Virus record (IMG/VR): IMGVR_UViG_3300032217_000845
Span: 1-64,000 of that record
DNA: 64,000 nt
Origin: a virus
Direction: 5' to 3' (one strand)
Shown one piece after another: positions 1 through 10,274 of this stretch. A model generated the notes under the pieces. That model had not been told where the DNA came from. It made no database searches and worked only from the letters and a program-made list of their open reading frames with translations. Both the position numbers and the translations under genes were made by a program. Position 1 is the stretch's first letter. Each line of letters starts with the position of its first letter.

Positions 1-1
1 C

Positions 2-418
2 ATTACAACAGTACCTTCTGCAGCAACAACTGGCGGAGGTACCCTATTTGTTGATGCAGGTGCTCTAAAGTATCGCGGAACATCTGGTTCTAATGCGACA
101 ATCGTAAATGCTAATGGAACTATTACTGCTCCTTCAGAGTCTATTAAAGTTGCTGCTAACCGTACAACATCAACCACTGGAACTACTGCGTTAACAGATA
201 ATGATAGTGAAACATTTGCTATAACTTTCCCTGTAGGAAGATTCTCTGTTTCACCAGCTGTAACAGCTTCTACTAGCTCAGTAAGATATGTAGCAGCTGT
301 TAATAGCGTTTCAACAGCTGGATTTACTTTATCTGTAAGAAACGTTTCTGGTGCTACAGGAACAACATATTTATATCACTGGCACGCAATAGAAATTATT
401 GCAGGAATGGGTAGCTAA
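2..418 (+). CDS. C-terminal part of a tail-fibre/receptor-binding-like protein (5' truncated)
   Basis: Open frame from the window start, read by hand (ITTVPSAATTGGG...TFPVGRFSVSPAV...YHWHAIEIIAGMGS*); T/S/G-rich, with a C-terminus typical of fibre tips; TAA at 416-418. Confidence 0.65.
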   Translation: MTTVPSAATTGGGTLFVDAGALKYRGTSGSNATIVNANGTITAPSESIKVAANRTTSTTGTTALTDNDSETFAITFPVGRFSVSPAVTASTSSVRYVAAVNSVSTAGFTLSVRNVSGATGTTYLYHWHAIEIIAGMGS

Positions 419-549
419 TGGCAATTATATTAATTTGTGAAACAGAGCAATGCGGGAATGCAAATATCCCCATTACTTTTGAAGGAACTGCTGACCGCTA
501 TATATGTGGTGTATGTATGAATGAGATAACTAATAAGGTTGAACAATAA
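418..549 (+). CDS. small Cys-rich protein (43 aa)
   Basis: TAATG overlap with the upstream stop; MAIILICETEQC...YICGVC; below the ORF-track cutoff. Confidence 0.55.
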   Translation: MAIILICETEQCGNANIPITFEGTADRYICGVCMNEITNKVEQ

Positions 550-680
550 TGTTAATCATTCTGCCATCGCTAGATGAAGAGAACAATCAGATATACATAG
601 TTATCAACAAGATAACAAAGAAGACAGTAGCTACCTTTACTGACTACGAGTCAGCAAGGTCTTACCTACTCGGAAAGTAA
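549..680 (+). CDS. small hypothetical protein (43 aa)
   Basis: TAATG coupling; MLIILPSLDEENNQIYIVINK...SARSYLLGK. Confidence 0.45.
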   Translation: MLIILPSLDEENNQIYIVINKITKKTVATFTDYESARSYLLGK

Positions 681-1193
681 GTCTTTCTTAGCTTTAGCTT
701 TAGCTCTAGCTGCTTTCACTTTTGCCTGGTCCTTCTTCGCCTTAATCATTCGTTCTGCACGCTGAGCATGATACGCATCAACAGCGTTTGCACTAGTACG
801 ACTTTGCCATTCAAAGCTGCACTCAGTGCACTCAACCATACGCATAGTTGCCCAGCGTCCGCCATTTGGTCTGTTGACTATCTTAGTGATTAGGTCAGCT
901 GTACCTGTATTACATCCAGGACACTTAGGGAATCGCTTACGACGAATCTCTTGCCCTTCCCAGTTTACTGAGAGGGTGCGTCTAATCTCGTCTTCATCTA
1001 GACCGCCCCATACACCGTTTATTTGCTTGTTCTCTAAGGCCCACTTTGCACACTCTTTTCGGACTGGGCACACATCGCACATTAGCTTTGCTGAGAATAT
1101 GTCGTTGTTCTTGTTTGAGAAAAATAGATTTACTTTGTCTCTGTTTGCTGGTTTTGCACATTCGGAATCCTCGTGCCATTCTTGACTTATCAC
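666..1193 (-). CDS. whiB: WhiB-family transcription factor with C-terminal zinc ribbon and basic tail
   Basis: C-x(n)-CDVCPVRKEC and GVWGG signature; extra CPGC...CTEC. Confidence 0.9.
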   Translation of the reverse strand: MISQEWHEDSECAKPANRDKVNLFFSNKNNDIFSAKLMCDVCPVRKECAKWALENKQINGVWGGLDEDEIRRTLSVNWEGQEIRRKRFPKCPGCNTGTADLITKIVNRPNGGRWATMRMVECTECSFEWQSRTSANAVDAYHAQRAERMIKAKKDQAKVKAARAKAKAKKDLLSE

Positions 1194-1537
1194 GGGTACT
1201 GTATTTCTACATAGGTTACTTCTATGACTTCATCTACTTCGCTACCTTCTAGAGTAGACCCGTCGTCAGCACAAACTGTTAGGTATATGTCTCCACCAAC
1301 GGGGCCAGCATACCCCTGCTCTATAATGCCAGCATCTATGAGTTGAAACGCCTGAGCCAAAGATGATACAACACCTTCACGCTGTAGAGAGGATGCTAGA
1401 GCACGCCTAACAACTTCTATCTCCAGGTCGACATGTTTTTCAGTGTAAAAAACTAGGGAGGAGTCACCAAAGTTATAGTGGTAGCCGTAGCCTTCCCACT
1501 CTGACCAGAGTGACTCGCCTTTTCTTAAATCCTTCAT
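1190..1537 (-). CDS. hypothetical protein
   Basis: 115-aa ORF overlapping the whiB start by 4 nt. Confidence 0.7.
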   Translation of the reverse strand: MKDLRKGESLWSEWEGYGYHYNFGDSSLVFYTEKHVDLEIEVVRRALASSLQREGVVSSLAQAFQLIDAGIIEQGYAGPVGGDIYLTVCADDGSTLEGSEVDEVIEVTYVEIQYP

Positions 1538-1598
1538 ATAAAAGATTTTAGCTTGTTTAGTTACCTTTTGTTTGAATACTACCCGTGGATTTCAAAAA

Positions 1599-2087
1599 TC
1601 ATACAGGCCAGATATATTCGTAAGTTTCTGGTCTTTTTCCGGTGTCTTCTGGCCATTTAAACTGGGAGTACCATTCGTACTCTTTACTGAGTAGAGCTAG
1701 GCGATGACTAGATGCAATATTTCTAAAGCTAGAAAGGTTTGAAAGCCATTTAGGATTGGTTGACGCGTCCTCAAGTAACCCTAGCTCAATTGCACGCATG
1801 ATAGTTGCCTTGGCTTTGTCGCCAATAGTTGACTTAAAGCCACGACGCTTCCACTCGTCAACCATTGCCTGAATGTAACGGTAAAGAGCGTATTCGTGAC
1901 CACGCCACATCTTTACAGCCGGATGGTTTACCCAGCCTTTTGGTATACGGTGGTCCCCTTGAGGGTCAAGCTCGAGCAGAGTCATAAGAATCTGCCAGCC
2001 TTCTAAGGCTTGCTTGTTGAGACGCTTATTATCAAGCACCTTGGCAATGTGTTCAAAGCTATCTGTTACGGGTACGAATGTTTGCAT
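1599..2087 (-). CDS. pyrimidine-dimer DNA glycosylase/endonuclease V-like protein (MSMEG_6728-like)
   Basis: MQTF...LDNKRLNKQALE, HPAVKMWRG, SHRLALL..K, YIWP motifs. Confidence 0.8.
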   Translation of the reverse strand: MQTFVPVTDSFEHIAKVLDNKRLNKQALEGWQILMTLLELDPQGDHRIPKGWVNHPAVKMWRGHEYALYRYIQAMVDEWKRRGFKSTIGDKAKATIMRAIELGLLEDASTNPKWLSNLSSFRNIASSHRLALLSKEYEWYSQFKWPEDTGKRPETYEYIWPV

Positions 2088-2105
2088 ATCTAGACCCTAC
2101 TGTAG

Positions 2106-2330
2106 TTATTTGTGGTTGTCAAGTCCAAAAGTGACAAAGTTTGCTTTGACTTTGCTATGAGCAGTTATCTCGTATTTGCCATCATTGAGCTCTACTTTGA
2201 GCTCTGTGTCGACCTTGTCCGCTACCTCACTTGGTTCAATTCCTAGGAATCTGCTGATGTAGTTGATTGTAGCTTCGCAGGCTGACTCGTAGTCTGTGGC
2301 GATGAACTTTAGTTCAAACGATGTACGCAT
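2106..2330 (-). CDS. hypothetical protein
   Basis: 74-aa ORF, translationally coupled in the operon. Confidence 0.65.
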   Translation of the reverse strand: MRTSFELKFIATDYESACEATINYISRFLGIEPSEVADKVDTELKVELNDGKYEITAHSKVKANFVTFGLDNHK

Positions 2331-2758
2331 TATCGAATTCGCTTTTCTAGCTTGTCTGGAGAGTAGTGAACTCCAGAAAGAACCGGCTGCTTGTTGTCAG
2401 TAATGTTTACAATAATGTCTCCGTAGCGGATTCCAGTAACTTTTCCACGACGTCCGTTGTGCATAGTTCCTGACGTATCGCCAAATGCGTCAGTCTTTAC
2501 TCGCACCTCATCGCCGACAACGATATGCCCTGGCATAGCCTGTACCCAAACTTCATCAGCATTTGGCTTAGGGTCTGACAATGATTGGTTGAGTGCTAAC
2601 TTGCTAAACATTTCGGCAGCTTCCTTAGCCATTCCCGCTGAAAGCTTGCTATCATCTGCCCAGACTTCTAGCAGTTTTAGAATCATGTTTCCTGAGCCAA
2701 CCTTTACTTTGGCGTCTTGCATTTGCTGGCGTACCCATTCAAAGTTTACTTCTGGCAT
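2330..2758 (-). CDS. hypothetical protein with SH3/KOW-like C-terminus
   Basis: VGDEVRVK...GRRGKVTGI...IIV pattern; operon context. Confidence 0.6.
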   Translation of the reverse strand: MPEVNFEWVRQQMQDAKVKVGSGNMILKLLEVWADDSKLSAGMAKEAAEMFSKLALNQSLSDPKPNADEVWVQAMPGHIVVGDEVRVKTDAFGDTSGTMHNGRRGKVTGIRYGDIIVNITDNKQPVLSGVHYSPDKLEKRIR

Positions 2759-2760
2759 TT

Positions 2761-3780
2761 TTAGCTCCTTGTTATTTGTGTTAGTAGTGTTTGTAGTGTT
2801 TCTAGTGATTCTTCCCTATCAGGGATGGCTGAAATGTAGTCTTCTCTTTGCTGTACAGCAAGCATAAATCGGTCCTTAATTGGCAAGTCTTCGATGAAAG
2901 ATGGCAATAATGACCAGCTTGACGAGATTGAAGATGACTCACGCCACTCAGTTGCTACAGGGGTTAGAGTGTTCATAGCTTGGATGTACGATGGTGACCA
3001 CCAAGTACCTCCAATTCGGTCTTGAGGGGCCACTAGAAGCCCTACAGAGGCTCTTAAGGTGTCCATAGCTTCTTGGTCTGTTTCCTTCTTAGAAGCCTTT
3101 AGAGGCTTAATAGGAATAGATGTATTGTCCGCAATTCTCTTTGCCCACTTGGTTTTAGGGTTGCTGACGGCCCAGTGGGTGGACACTCTTTCAACCTCTG
3201 AACGCTCTGGGTTTAGTAGCAATACGTCAAAGTTTAGACCAACTACGCTACTACTTGCGCCACTTGGTAGATGCTCGCTAACTGACTCGTCTGATTTCCA
3301 AGGAAGCCCTGGATAGACAGTTGTTGGCCATGTTTCCGTAAGTAGAAGTTCGCAAGCGTGGAGCATCTTGTCTAAGTTCTTGGGTTCTTTAGCTAGTAAG
3401 TACTCACTGCGTTTGTTGTAGAAAGGCTTAACTAGACTTTGGATGTCGCTAAGTACAGACTTTAAACTTGACTTAATTAGCCAGTGCTGAGGGTTATCTA
3501 CTACTAAGTGTAGTTTTGAAGACGTGTAAAGCTCCTCGATGAGGCTAAGGGCTCCGTATGCTTGATTTGCACTTAGGCTAGTTGGCGAAACTAGCCCTAC
3601 AAATACTGCATCAAATTCTTCTAGGTCTTTAGATGTCCAAAGAATATTTGGACGAGACCAGACAACATTGTGTCCAGCCTCGGAGAGAGCACGGTCTAGA
3701 ACACCAAAGAAGCCTAGATTTGCTTGGTGAGCTTTTTTAGAGGTGTGACCTGAAGTCATACCAGTTAGAAGTACTTTCAT
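2761..3780 (-). CDS. putative GT-B-fold glycosyltransferase (possibly DNA-modifying)
   Basis: MKVLLTG...ALSEAGHNV...EFDAVFVG start and YIQAM.TLTPV end resemble GT-B enzymes; located in the replication operon. Confidence 0.5.
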   Translation of the reverse strand: MKVLLTGMTSGHTSKKAHQANLGFFGVLDRALSEAGHNVVWSRPNILWTSKDLEEFDAVFVGLVSPTSLSANQAYGALSLIEELYTSSKLHLVVDNPQHWLIKSSLKSVLSDIQSLVKPFYNKRSEYLLAKEPKNLDKMLHACELLLTETWPTTVYPGLPWKSDESVSEHLPSGASSSVVGLNFDVLLLNPERSEVERVSTHWAVSNPKTKWAKRIADNTSIPIKPLKASKKETDQEAMDTLRASVGLLVAPQDRIGGTWWSPSYIQAMNTLTPVATEWRESSSISSSWSLLPSFIEDLPIKDRFMLAVQQREDYISAIPDREESLETLQTLLTQITRS

Positions 3781-3838
3781 AGTTTCCTATACGTAGAGGA
3801 GAGAGGCACTACTAGAGTGCCCCCCTCTACTACATGAT

Positions 3839-4363
3839 TTAGAACGGTGCGTCAGTTGCAGCAATAGGTGCTGCAGGGGCTGGAGCAGGGGCTGGAGCTG
3901 GAGCAGGAGCAGGAGCAGCAACCTGAGAGGCTGGAGCTGATACTGTAGCATCGGTAGAAGCCGAGACGTAGTACATCTTAATCTCGTTCTTCTTGTTACC
4001 CTGCCAAATGCGGGAACCAACCTGGCCACGGAAAGTGCGGCCGATTAGAGCCTGTTCAATCTGTGCGTTTGATGGGTTCTGGTCAAAGTATGCGCGATTC
4101 AGGCCAAGTGCAGCCATCTTCTTAAAGAACATACCTAGTGCTGCTGAAGAGTCTGGAGAGACAACTAGGTTGTCCCAAACTAGACGCTTTGCGTGTGGAC
4201 CAGCCTGGACCTCGGTCTTTAGCGAGAACATAGTCTTGCCTGACTGAGATACTTTAGCTGTAGCTTCAACGACCTTTAGGTCAAAGTCGCCGTCTGGTAG
4301 TGGCTCGTAATTGTTTACTTCGCCTGCCTCTTTTACGAGGTCGCTCCAATTTAGTGAGCTCAT
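3839..4363 (-). CDS. DUF669-type single-stranded DNA-binding protein
   Basis: YEPLPDG.F.LKV, SGK.M, VWDNL; Ala/Pro linker and acidic/aromatic ...DAPF tail. Confidence 0.75.
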   Translation of the reverse strand: MSSLNWSDLVKEAGEVNNYEPLPDGDFDLKVVEATAKVSQSGKTMFSLKTEVQAGPHAKRLVWDNLVVSPDSSAALGMFFKKMAALGLNRAYFDQNPSNAQIEQALIGRTFRGQVGSRIWQGNKKNEIKMYYVSASTDATVSAPASQVAAPAPAPAPAPAPAPAAPIAATDAPF

Positions 4364-4368
4364 AGGGG

Positions 4369-5136
4369 TTAGCCTACTTTCTTTGTTGTAGTGGATTTTG
4401 CCTTCTCGCCGAAGACCATGTCGAGCATACGTTCAATACCTAAATCGCCCTGCTCGACAACTTTGCCGAGACGACCTTGGACACGCTCACCAGCTTCATA
4501 TTCTGGTGTGCGTTCCACATACATACGACGGACCTTATATGGTGGCTGCATCGGGTCAGGGTTGGGTACCTGCTCCACGGTGATAGCACCAAGGATGTCG
4601 TAGAAATATGGAGCCTGAATTGCTAGCTGACCCTGTAGGTAGGGACGGTATACGCCATCCTGACCCTTACGGGACATAGCAGTCAGAACGATAGCCTCTA
4701 GAGGCTGTGTTGGGTGCATTGTAAGGTCACGGAGGTCACGAAGTAGTGCACCCATGTGACGAAGTAGTTCGCCCCACTGTTGCATCTTCATTTGCTCTGT
4801 ACCAGCAATGTTGTCCATGCACTTAACCTGTAACTCAGAAATTGAGTCAATGATTAAGGACTTGAACTGGTGTTTGCCGCTCTGAAGCCATTGGAATGCC
4901 TTCATAACGACGTCGTAGTCACGAACTTGTACTACAACTGTATCCCAGGTGCCATCGGCCACTGGTGGCTCTTCGCGTACTGGGTCCCAATACCTTACGT
5001 TGATTGGTAGGAAGCGGTGGCCTCCCTCAACGTCTAGCATTAGACGTGGGTATGGTGCTGTGACAGCAAAGGTGGATTTACCGACCTTTGACTCTCCATG
5101 GACCATGATTGTCAAACTACGTTGTACGTCAGACAT
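4369..5136 (-). CDS. Sak4-like AAA_24 ATPase (phage recombinase)
   Basis: Walker A GESKVGKS, LDVEGG, IIDSISE; adjacent to SSB and nuclease. Confidence 0.8.
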   Translation of the reverse strand: MSDVQRSLTIMVHGESKVGKSTFAVTAPYPRLMLDVEGGHRFLPINVRYWDPVREEPPVADGTWDTVVVQVRDYDVVMKAFQWLQSGKHQFKSLIIDSISELQVKCMDNIAGTEQMKMQQWGELLRHMGALLRDLRDLTMHPTQPLEAIVLTAMSRKGQDGVYRPYLQGQLAIQAPYFYDILGAITVEQVPNPDPMQPPYKVRRMYVERTPEYEAGERVQGRLGKVVEQGDLGIERMLDMVFGEKAKSTTTKKVG

Positions 5137-6083
5137 TATTCATTTCCTTTTTTCTCTTCGGTGGTTCCGTAATAATCGTAAGGGTTTCCAGCCACAAACG
5201 AATCTCTGATTGCTGCTTCTGCAGCACTTCCGTCATCCATTAAAGGGCAGACGGAGAAGAATGGACACTTCCACTTACAGTCACGACTTGGGCGTGGGTA
5301 CGCAACCAACTGGTGACTCACTCCCTCGTCTAGAGCCTTGCGGACGTTAAGCATGTCTCCAACAGCGCCCTGAAGTCTTTGCCAGAAATTACGCAGTGCG
5401 TAGATGTTGTGGCGCACTTCAATCTGCTGGTAGAAAGGTGGCTTTGCATTAGCAGTACGCTTTACTTTCTTGAGCATAGTAAAGATACCACCGTCAGAAC
5501 GCTCGCCGTCCTTGTTCTGAGCAGCTTCAAGAGTCATGTATGTAAGAATTTGCTCATTCATGTGAGCGGTAGAGCCAAACTCAGTGAACGAACCACCAAC
5601 AGTCTTGAAGTCACGGAACATGCGGGCACCGTCAGACTTGCGACGAACACGCATGTCCAACTTACCCTGAAGTTCAACGGCTCCATCAAACATTGGCATA
5701 GAGATAATCTCTTCGTTTGAGATACGCTCTAGCTCCATGTCGATGCCCTCGTCTTCTACCCATTCAAGGTAGCCAGCGAGCATGATATGACCGAGTTCTG
5801 CTTCGGCTTCTAGGTCTGATGTATCGCGGTAGTCGTCCATCAAAATCTTGCGGTCTTTAGCTACGAGTTCAGAGTGAACTTCTAGTAGGTCAAGAGTCAT
5901 GTCTGAAGAGTAGTACTGGTCCATTGCTTCGTGGATACGAGAACCAAGTGCAAGTGCTCCAGTAAAATCTTTCATCTTAGGCTGAAGACGTAGGTAGTAG
6001 CTGAAGTACCATCTACGACGGCAGTCCTTGAATGTTTGAATCTCTGAGTTAGAGATTCTTAGTGGGGGTTGTTGTTCTGTCAT
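5136..6083 (-). CDS. PD-(D/E)XK RecB/Cas4-like exonuclease
   Basis: ISNSEIQTFKDCRRRW, GSRIH, GKLD...DFKT, C-terminal CKWKCPFFSVC. Confidence 0.85.
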   Translation of the reverse strand: MTEQQPPLRISNSEIQTFKDCRRRWYFSYYLRLQPKMKDFTGALALGSRIHEAMDQYYSSDMTLDLLEVHSELVAKDRKILMDDYRDTSDLEAEAELGHIMLAGYLEWVEDEGIDMELERISNEEIISMPMFDGAVELQGKLDMRVRRKSDGARMFRDFKTVGGSFTEFGSTAHMNEQILTYMTLEAAQNKDGERSDGGIFTMLKKVKRTANAKPPFYQQIEVRHNIYALRNFWQRLQGAVGDMLNVRKALDEGVSHQLVAYPRPSRDCKWKCPFFSVCPLMDDGSAAEAAIRDSFVAGNPYDYYGTTEEKKGNE

Positions 6084-6090
6084 TGTTAAA

Positions 6091-7917
6091 TTACTTTACT
6101 TTCTCTGAGCGAAGCATGTCAAGTAGTTTCGCTTTATCGCGCACAACTTGTTCAAAGTTGTCTGCCTTGGTATCGAGAGCCTGAATTACACGCTCTTCGA
6201 TTGTGTCCTCGGTCACATAGTCAGTAATGAGAATCGAATCGTGAATCTCAGAACCAATGCGGTGAACTCGGTCCAGTGCCTGCTTGTAGTCAACAAGAGA
6301 CCATGGTCGTTGTAGCATAACAAGTCTGCGAGCGGTTGTCAAGGTGACACCAACTCCACCAGCCTGTGCAGTGAATAGAATCCACTTGATACGTCCAGCT
6401 TGGAAGTCGTCAATAGCTTGCTGACGCTGGTCTTCGTCCTGAGCACCAGTAATTAGACCATGCTCAATTCCAGCCTTAGTCATGCGGGCACTCAGTAATT
6501 CAATCAACTGGCGAGACACGGCACATACTGCTACCGAGTCGTCTCCAAAGTCACCGTTATCAATGTCATCCATCAGAGCATCAACCTTACAGGATGGGTC
6601 TGACAAAAGAATCTTTTCTTCGCCAGTAACTTCATCTACAGTTACATCGGCATACGAGCTGGCTAGTTGAAGTAGACGCAATGTCTGAGTTAGAGGGTTT
6701 GGAGCAACGATGATGTCACTCAAACCTTCTTCAGCAGTTTCTTTGCTGAGCATGGCAATCATGTTGTCACGCATCTGCTCGTAAGCTTTCTTCTGCTTAA
6801 CGGACATCTCAACATCACGACGGTCAGTAATAACTTCTGGTAGCCAAGGCAGTACTCGCTGCTTTAGCATTCTACGCATACGAGGGTGGATAGCAGAGTA
6901 GAACTCTTCTTCCATGTGAGGCTTGACACCAAGAACCATCATTCCGCCAAACGCATTCAACATAATGTTGACCATGCGGTCAATCCACTTGGTTTTGCTA
7001 GGCCACTCTTCTGGAGAAATCCAGTGCAAGATAGCCCACATGTCAACAACATTGTTTGCAATAGGTGTCCCAGTGAGAGCAAAGCGAATATCCGCATCTC
7101 CACTGGCAGCCCAGAGTGCTCGGCTCTGCTTAGACTTAGGGTCTTTTGAGCGATGCATCTCGTCGGCTACAACAGCTTTGAAATCGATAGTGTTTAGTTC
7201 ACGCTGGTGTACTTCACATCTGGTAGGCGTTACACGAGTATCGTGACCACCGCAGTTGGCACATCGGGATAGAGCGATTGAGCCATAAGGTGCAAGCTTG
7301 GAATGAGTGCGTAGTGACTCCCAGTTAATTACATAAACATTTGCTGGGTGCTCAAACTGTGCGCGACGCTGAGTAGCAGTTCCTTTGATAACCTGAACAT
7401 CAATTCCAGGCCACCACTTCTCAAACTCACGCTTCCAGTTTTTCTTCAAAGTGTTAGGGCAGACAATAAGAGCAGGGAAGACATCTTCGTCCTTGTCATG
7501 CAGAAGTTTTAGAGCGCGGATAGCCTGGGCAGTCTTACCTAGTCCAGGTTCATCGGCTAGCAATGCACGACGGGCAGTTGCTAAGAACTCTACCCCTGCA
7601 CGCTGGTGCGGGAATAGGTCGTCATTGCCGACATAGTCGTCTGGCATTATTTCTAGGTCACGAAGATGGTTAGATGGCACGATGCGGTTGGTACGCTCGT
7701 TAGCCGCCCATATAGCTAAGTTTGGACCAATCTCTAGACTATCTTTGAAAGTAGAGCGGAGTGCTAGGCAAGTAGCCCATGAAGTTGGGATACGCCAAAT
7801 CTGCTCTCTAGCAGACCAAGAGGCACCGGGGATGCTCTTACAAAGCTCCTTGAGACGCCACTCGGCGTTGATAATGATGTGTTTACCCGAATCATCGAGT
7901 TCTACATTTACAGGCAC
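6091..7917 (-). CDS. SNF2-family (SF2) helicase
   Basis: LADEPGLGKT, DEMH, LTGTP, GGVGVTLT, QALDRVHRIG. Confidence 0.92.
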   Translation of the reverse strand: MPVNVELDDSGKHIIINAEWRLKELCKSIPGASWSAREQIWRIPTSWATCLALRSTFKDSLEIGPNLAIWAANERTNRIVPSNHLRDLEIMPDDYVGNDDLFPHQRAGVEFLATARRALLADEPGLGKTAQAIRALKLLHDKDEDVFPALIVCPNTLKKNWKREFEKWWPGIDVQVIKGTATQRRAQFEHPANVYVINWESLRTHSKLAPYGSIALSRCANCGGHDTRVTPTRCEVHQRELNTIDFKAVVADEMHRSKDPKSKQSRALWAASGDADIRFALTGTPIANNVVDMWAILHWISPEEWPSKTKWIDRMVNIMLNAFGGMMVLGVKPHMEEEFYSAIHPRMRRMLKQRVLPWLPEVITDRRDVEMSVKQKKAYEQMRDNMIAMLSKETAEEGLSDIIVAPNPLTQTLRLLQLASSYADVTVDEVTGEEKILLSDPSCKVDALMDDIDNGDFGDDSVAVCAVSRQLIELLSARMTKAGIEHGLITGAQDEDQRQQAIDDFQAGRIKWILFTAQAGGVGVTLTTARRLVMLQRPWSLVDYKQALDRVHRIGSEIHDSILITDYVTEDTIEERVIQALDTKADNFEQVVRDKAKLLDMLRSEKVK

Positions 7918-7993
7918 TAATGCCTTCCTTTCGTCTCTACATACATACTAGCACAAAAAAGTTTGGTTTGTTGCGTTTTTTGCTAATATTTTT

Positions 7994-8461
7994 TTAATTC
8001 AGTAATTTCACAGGTTTCCAACCAGACTTCACTAACCTTAGCAGACCGTGTCTGATTGCGTCAAGTGCGTGTCCTTCGCCACCTTTGTGCCAGTACCCGA
8101 GCTTCTTTAACTTCTCATTTGTAAACATTGCTTTAGCATCAGCAGGAGATTGGAAGTAGATGTCATCAGGAGCAACTCCAATATCCATAAGACACTGCTT
8201 AAGAATGCCAATCTGCTCAAGTGAGTACGGTGCCTGAGTGTTACGTACAGTCTGAGCATTGATGGTGAATCGTTCGCACACAATCTCGATAGGGATGGAA
8301 CGCATCATAGCGTCAGCCAGTGCTTCACGAATTGGACGTGCGTACTCTTCTTGCTGGTATTCCCCAGACCAAATAATTTCTGGCTCTGAGCCATCGATGT
8401 ACGCAAATAATGCAATACCACTGGCTTTGCCGGGGTCTACAGAAAGGACAAGTTTAGACAT
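7994..8461 (-). CDS. RuvC-like Holliday junction resolvase
   Basis: LSVDPGKASG, VCE, HALDAIRH. Confidence 0.75.
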   Translation of the reverse strand: MSKLVLSVDPGKASGIALFAYIDGSEPEIIWSGEYQQEEYARPIREALADAMMRSIPIEIVCERFTINAQTVRNTQAPYSLEQIGILKQCLMDIGVAPDDIYFQSPADAKAMFTNEKLKKLGYWHKGGEGHALDAIRHGLLRLVKSGWKPVKLLN

Positions 8462-10274
8462 ACTTTGCTCCCCAATTTTCTAGTGGGCCGTCAACATCAG
8501 CAGTAAGAGGTACTGCCCAACCTTCGCGTGTAGTCATGCACTCACGGACAATACGTTGAATCTCTTCTGCATCTTCTCGTGGTGCGTTGAGCACAATCTC
8601 GTCATGCACTGGGACAATCAAAAGCTCTGTAAGGTCTGCTTGGTCAAGTTTGATTAGGTTCGACTTGAACACCTCGGCGGCACCACCTTGAATTAGGTAG
8701 TTGACCAAAGTGTAAACACGGTCTTCATCACAAGGTAAGCGGCGACCAGTCCAAGTATTTACATAGCCTTGACCCTCTGCTTTAAGGCGACGCATTCCGA
8801 TGTCTTCTACTTTCTTCTGGAACAAAGCCATTCCAGGGAATCGCTCGTCAAAAGCATTTGATACGGAACGCATCTGGTCTTCTGGCACACCTGCGGTAAG
8901 AGCTTGCTTAGCAACACCTGCACCATATAGACGTCCATAAACTACACCTTTAATTAGACCACGACGTTTATCGGACTTCTGCATCGTTGGGTCTTGGTAA
9001 ATCTCGCGGCCAATCTCTGTGAACGGGTCAGAACCAGTTGCATCAGCAAGGTTGAATAGGTTGATTAAATTTTCATCCTGAGACATAGAAGAGAACATGC
9101 GGAACTCAACTTGGTCGAGGTCGGAAGTGATAATTACGTGGTCATCGTCTTTAGGCAAGAACGCACGGCGCACTGTGTCGTCACCTTTTGGAAGAGTTTG
9201 TAGTGCTGGGTTTTGGATAGACATACGACCGGTTCGGGCACCAAGAGTCTTTACAGACGGGTGCACGAATCCATTTACGTTGTCATTGATGAAGTTAGAG
9301 AAGTAGGTAGACGCAAGTTTGTCTGCCTTACGCTGCTTGAGTGCGGTGGATGCAAGTTCTTGAACCTGCGGTGAGCCGTCTCGAACTAAAAGCTTTAGCT
9401 GGTCTGCGGATGCAGACTTGGCACCGCTTGGTGTGGTCTCAGTAATTACCGCACCTAGTGCTTCAAACTGACGAACTAGTTGAGCGTTGCTAGTGATAGA
9501 CAAGCCACTGTAGTTAGCTTTTGCCCAGTCTTTAACTTGCTCTGTGTACTGCACTAGTTCGTCATACTTCTTCTTTGAGTAGTCAAGGTCTAGACGAGCT
9601 CCATTGAGTTCCATGCGGGTAACAATGCGACGGGTGTTCATCTCAAGTTCGTAAGCACGAGAGTATGGCTGACCGGGTCCGCACTTTTCCCAGAACATCT
9701 CCCATAGACGCATAGTAAGAATTGGGTCGAGGGCACCATATGCCCAGTAAGGCTGATAGTTGATGGGGACTGTCCCCCAAGTCCAGCCATTCTTGACAAG
9801 TCCTTCGTCAAGCTGTCCTTGTAGAGCAGCAGCCTGGGGGTCCACATACTGTGAGGTGAGTCGCTTTAGTGCTCCTGAACCTAGCGGGTCAATCAGGTGA
9901 GCCATAATCATGGTGTCGTGAGCACGCTCCCATGGCATTTTCCAGCGGGACTGGACATCAAACCAACGAGCTTCGAATGCGATGTTGTGGCAGACTAGTG
10001 GACCATCAAACTTATCCATTGCTTCATAAAAAACACCATTCCATTCGTCCCATGGAATTGACCAACCAGTTTGACCATCGCCAACTTGAACTAGACGCAT
10101 GCGTCCATGCCAAGGAGATAATGCGTCTTCACGCTTACCACCTGGAAGTTCTCCAGTTTCGATGTCAACTGCAATTGCATTGTGAGGGCGGCGTTCGCCC
10201 AGCCAATTGATAAATTGTTGTGCTTGGTCTACGCTATCCACCAGCTCTAGTCTGATGTCGCCAAGTCCGGTCAT
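8454..10274 (-). CDS. polA: family A DNA polymerase with 3'-5' exonuclease domain
   Basis: DIET, HNIAFE, YGALD exonuclease motifs; TGRMS, motif A DLDQVEFR, motif B KGVVYGRLYG, motif C VHDE. Confidence 0.95.
   Translation of the reverse strand: MTGLGDIRLELVDSVDQAQQFINWLGERRPHNAIAVDIETGELPGGKREDALSPWHGRMRLVQVGDGQTGWSIPWDEWNGVFYEAMDKFDGPLVCHNIAFEARWFDVQSRWKMPWERAHDTMIMAHLIDPLGSGALKRLTSQYVDPQAAALQGQLDEGLVKNGWTWGTVPINYQPYWAYGALDPILTMRLWEMFWEKCGPGQPYSRAYELEMNTRRIVTRMELNGARLDLDYSKKKYDELVQYTEQVKDWAKANYSGLSITSNAQLVRQFEALGAVITETTPSGAKSASADQLKLLVRDGSPQVQELASTALKQRKADKLASTYFSNFINDNVNGFVHPSVKTLGARTGRMSIQNPALQTLPKGDDTVRRAFLPKDDDHVIITSDLDQVEFRMFSSMSQDENLINLFNLADATGSDPFTEIGREIYQDPTMQKSDKRRGLIKGVVYGRLYGAGVAKQALTAGVPEDQMRSVSNAFDERFPGMALFQKKVEDIGMRRLKAEGQGYVNTWTGRRLPCDEDRVYTLVNYLIQGGAAEVFKSNLIKLDQADLTELLIVPVHDEIVLNAPREDAEEIQRIVRECMTTREGWAVPLTADVDGPLENWGAKYV

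Noticed and set aside
3870-3940. GCTGGAGCAGG-type tandem repeats
   Set aside because: They encode the Ala-Pro linker of the SSB; low-complexity protein sequence
5136-6083. Cas4 as evidence of a CRISPR-Cas system
   Set aside because: It sits in a Sak4/SSB/helicase recombination module, which is typical of stand-alone phage PD-(D/E)XK nucleases
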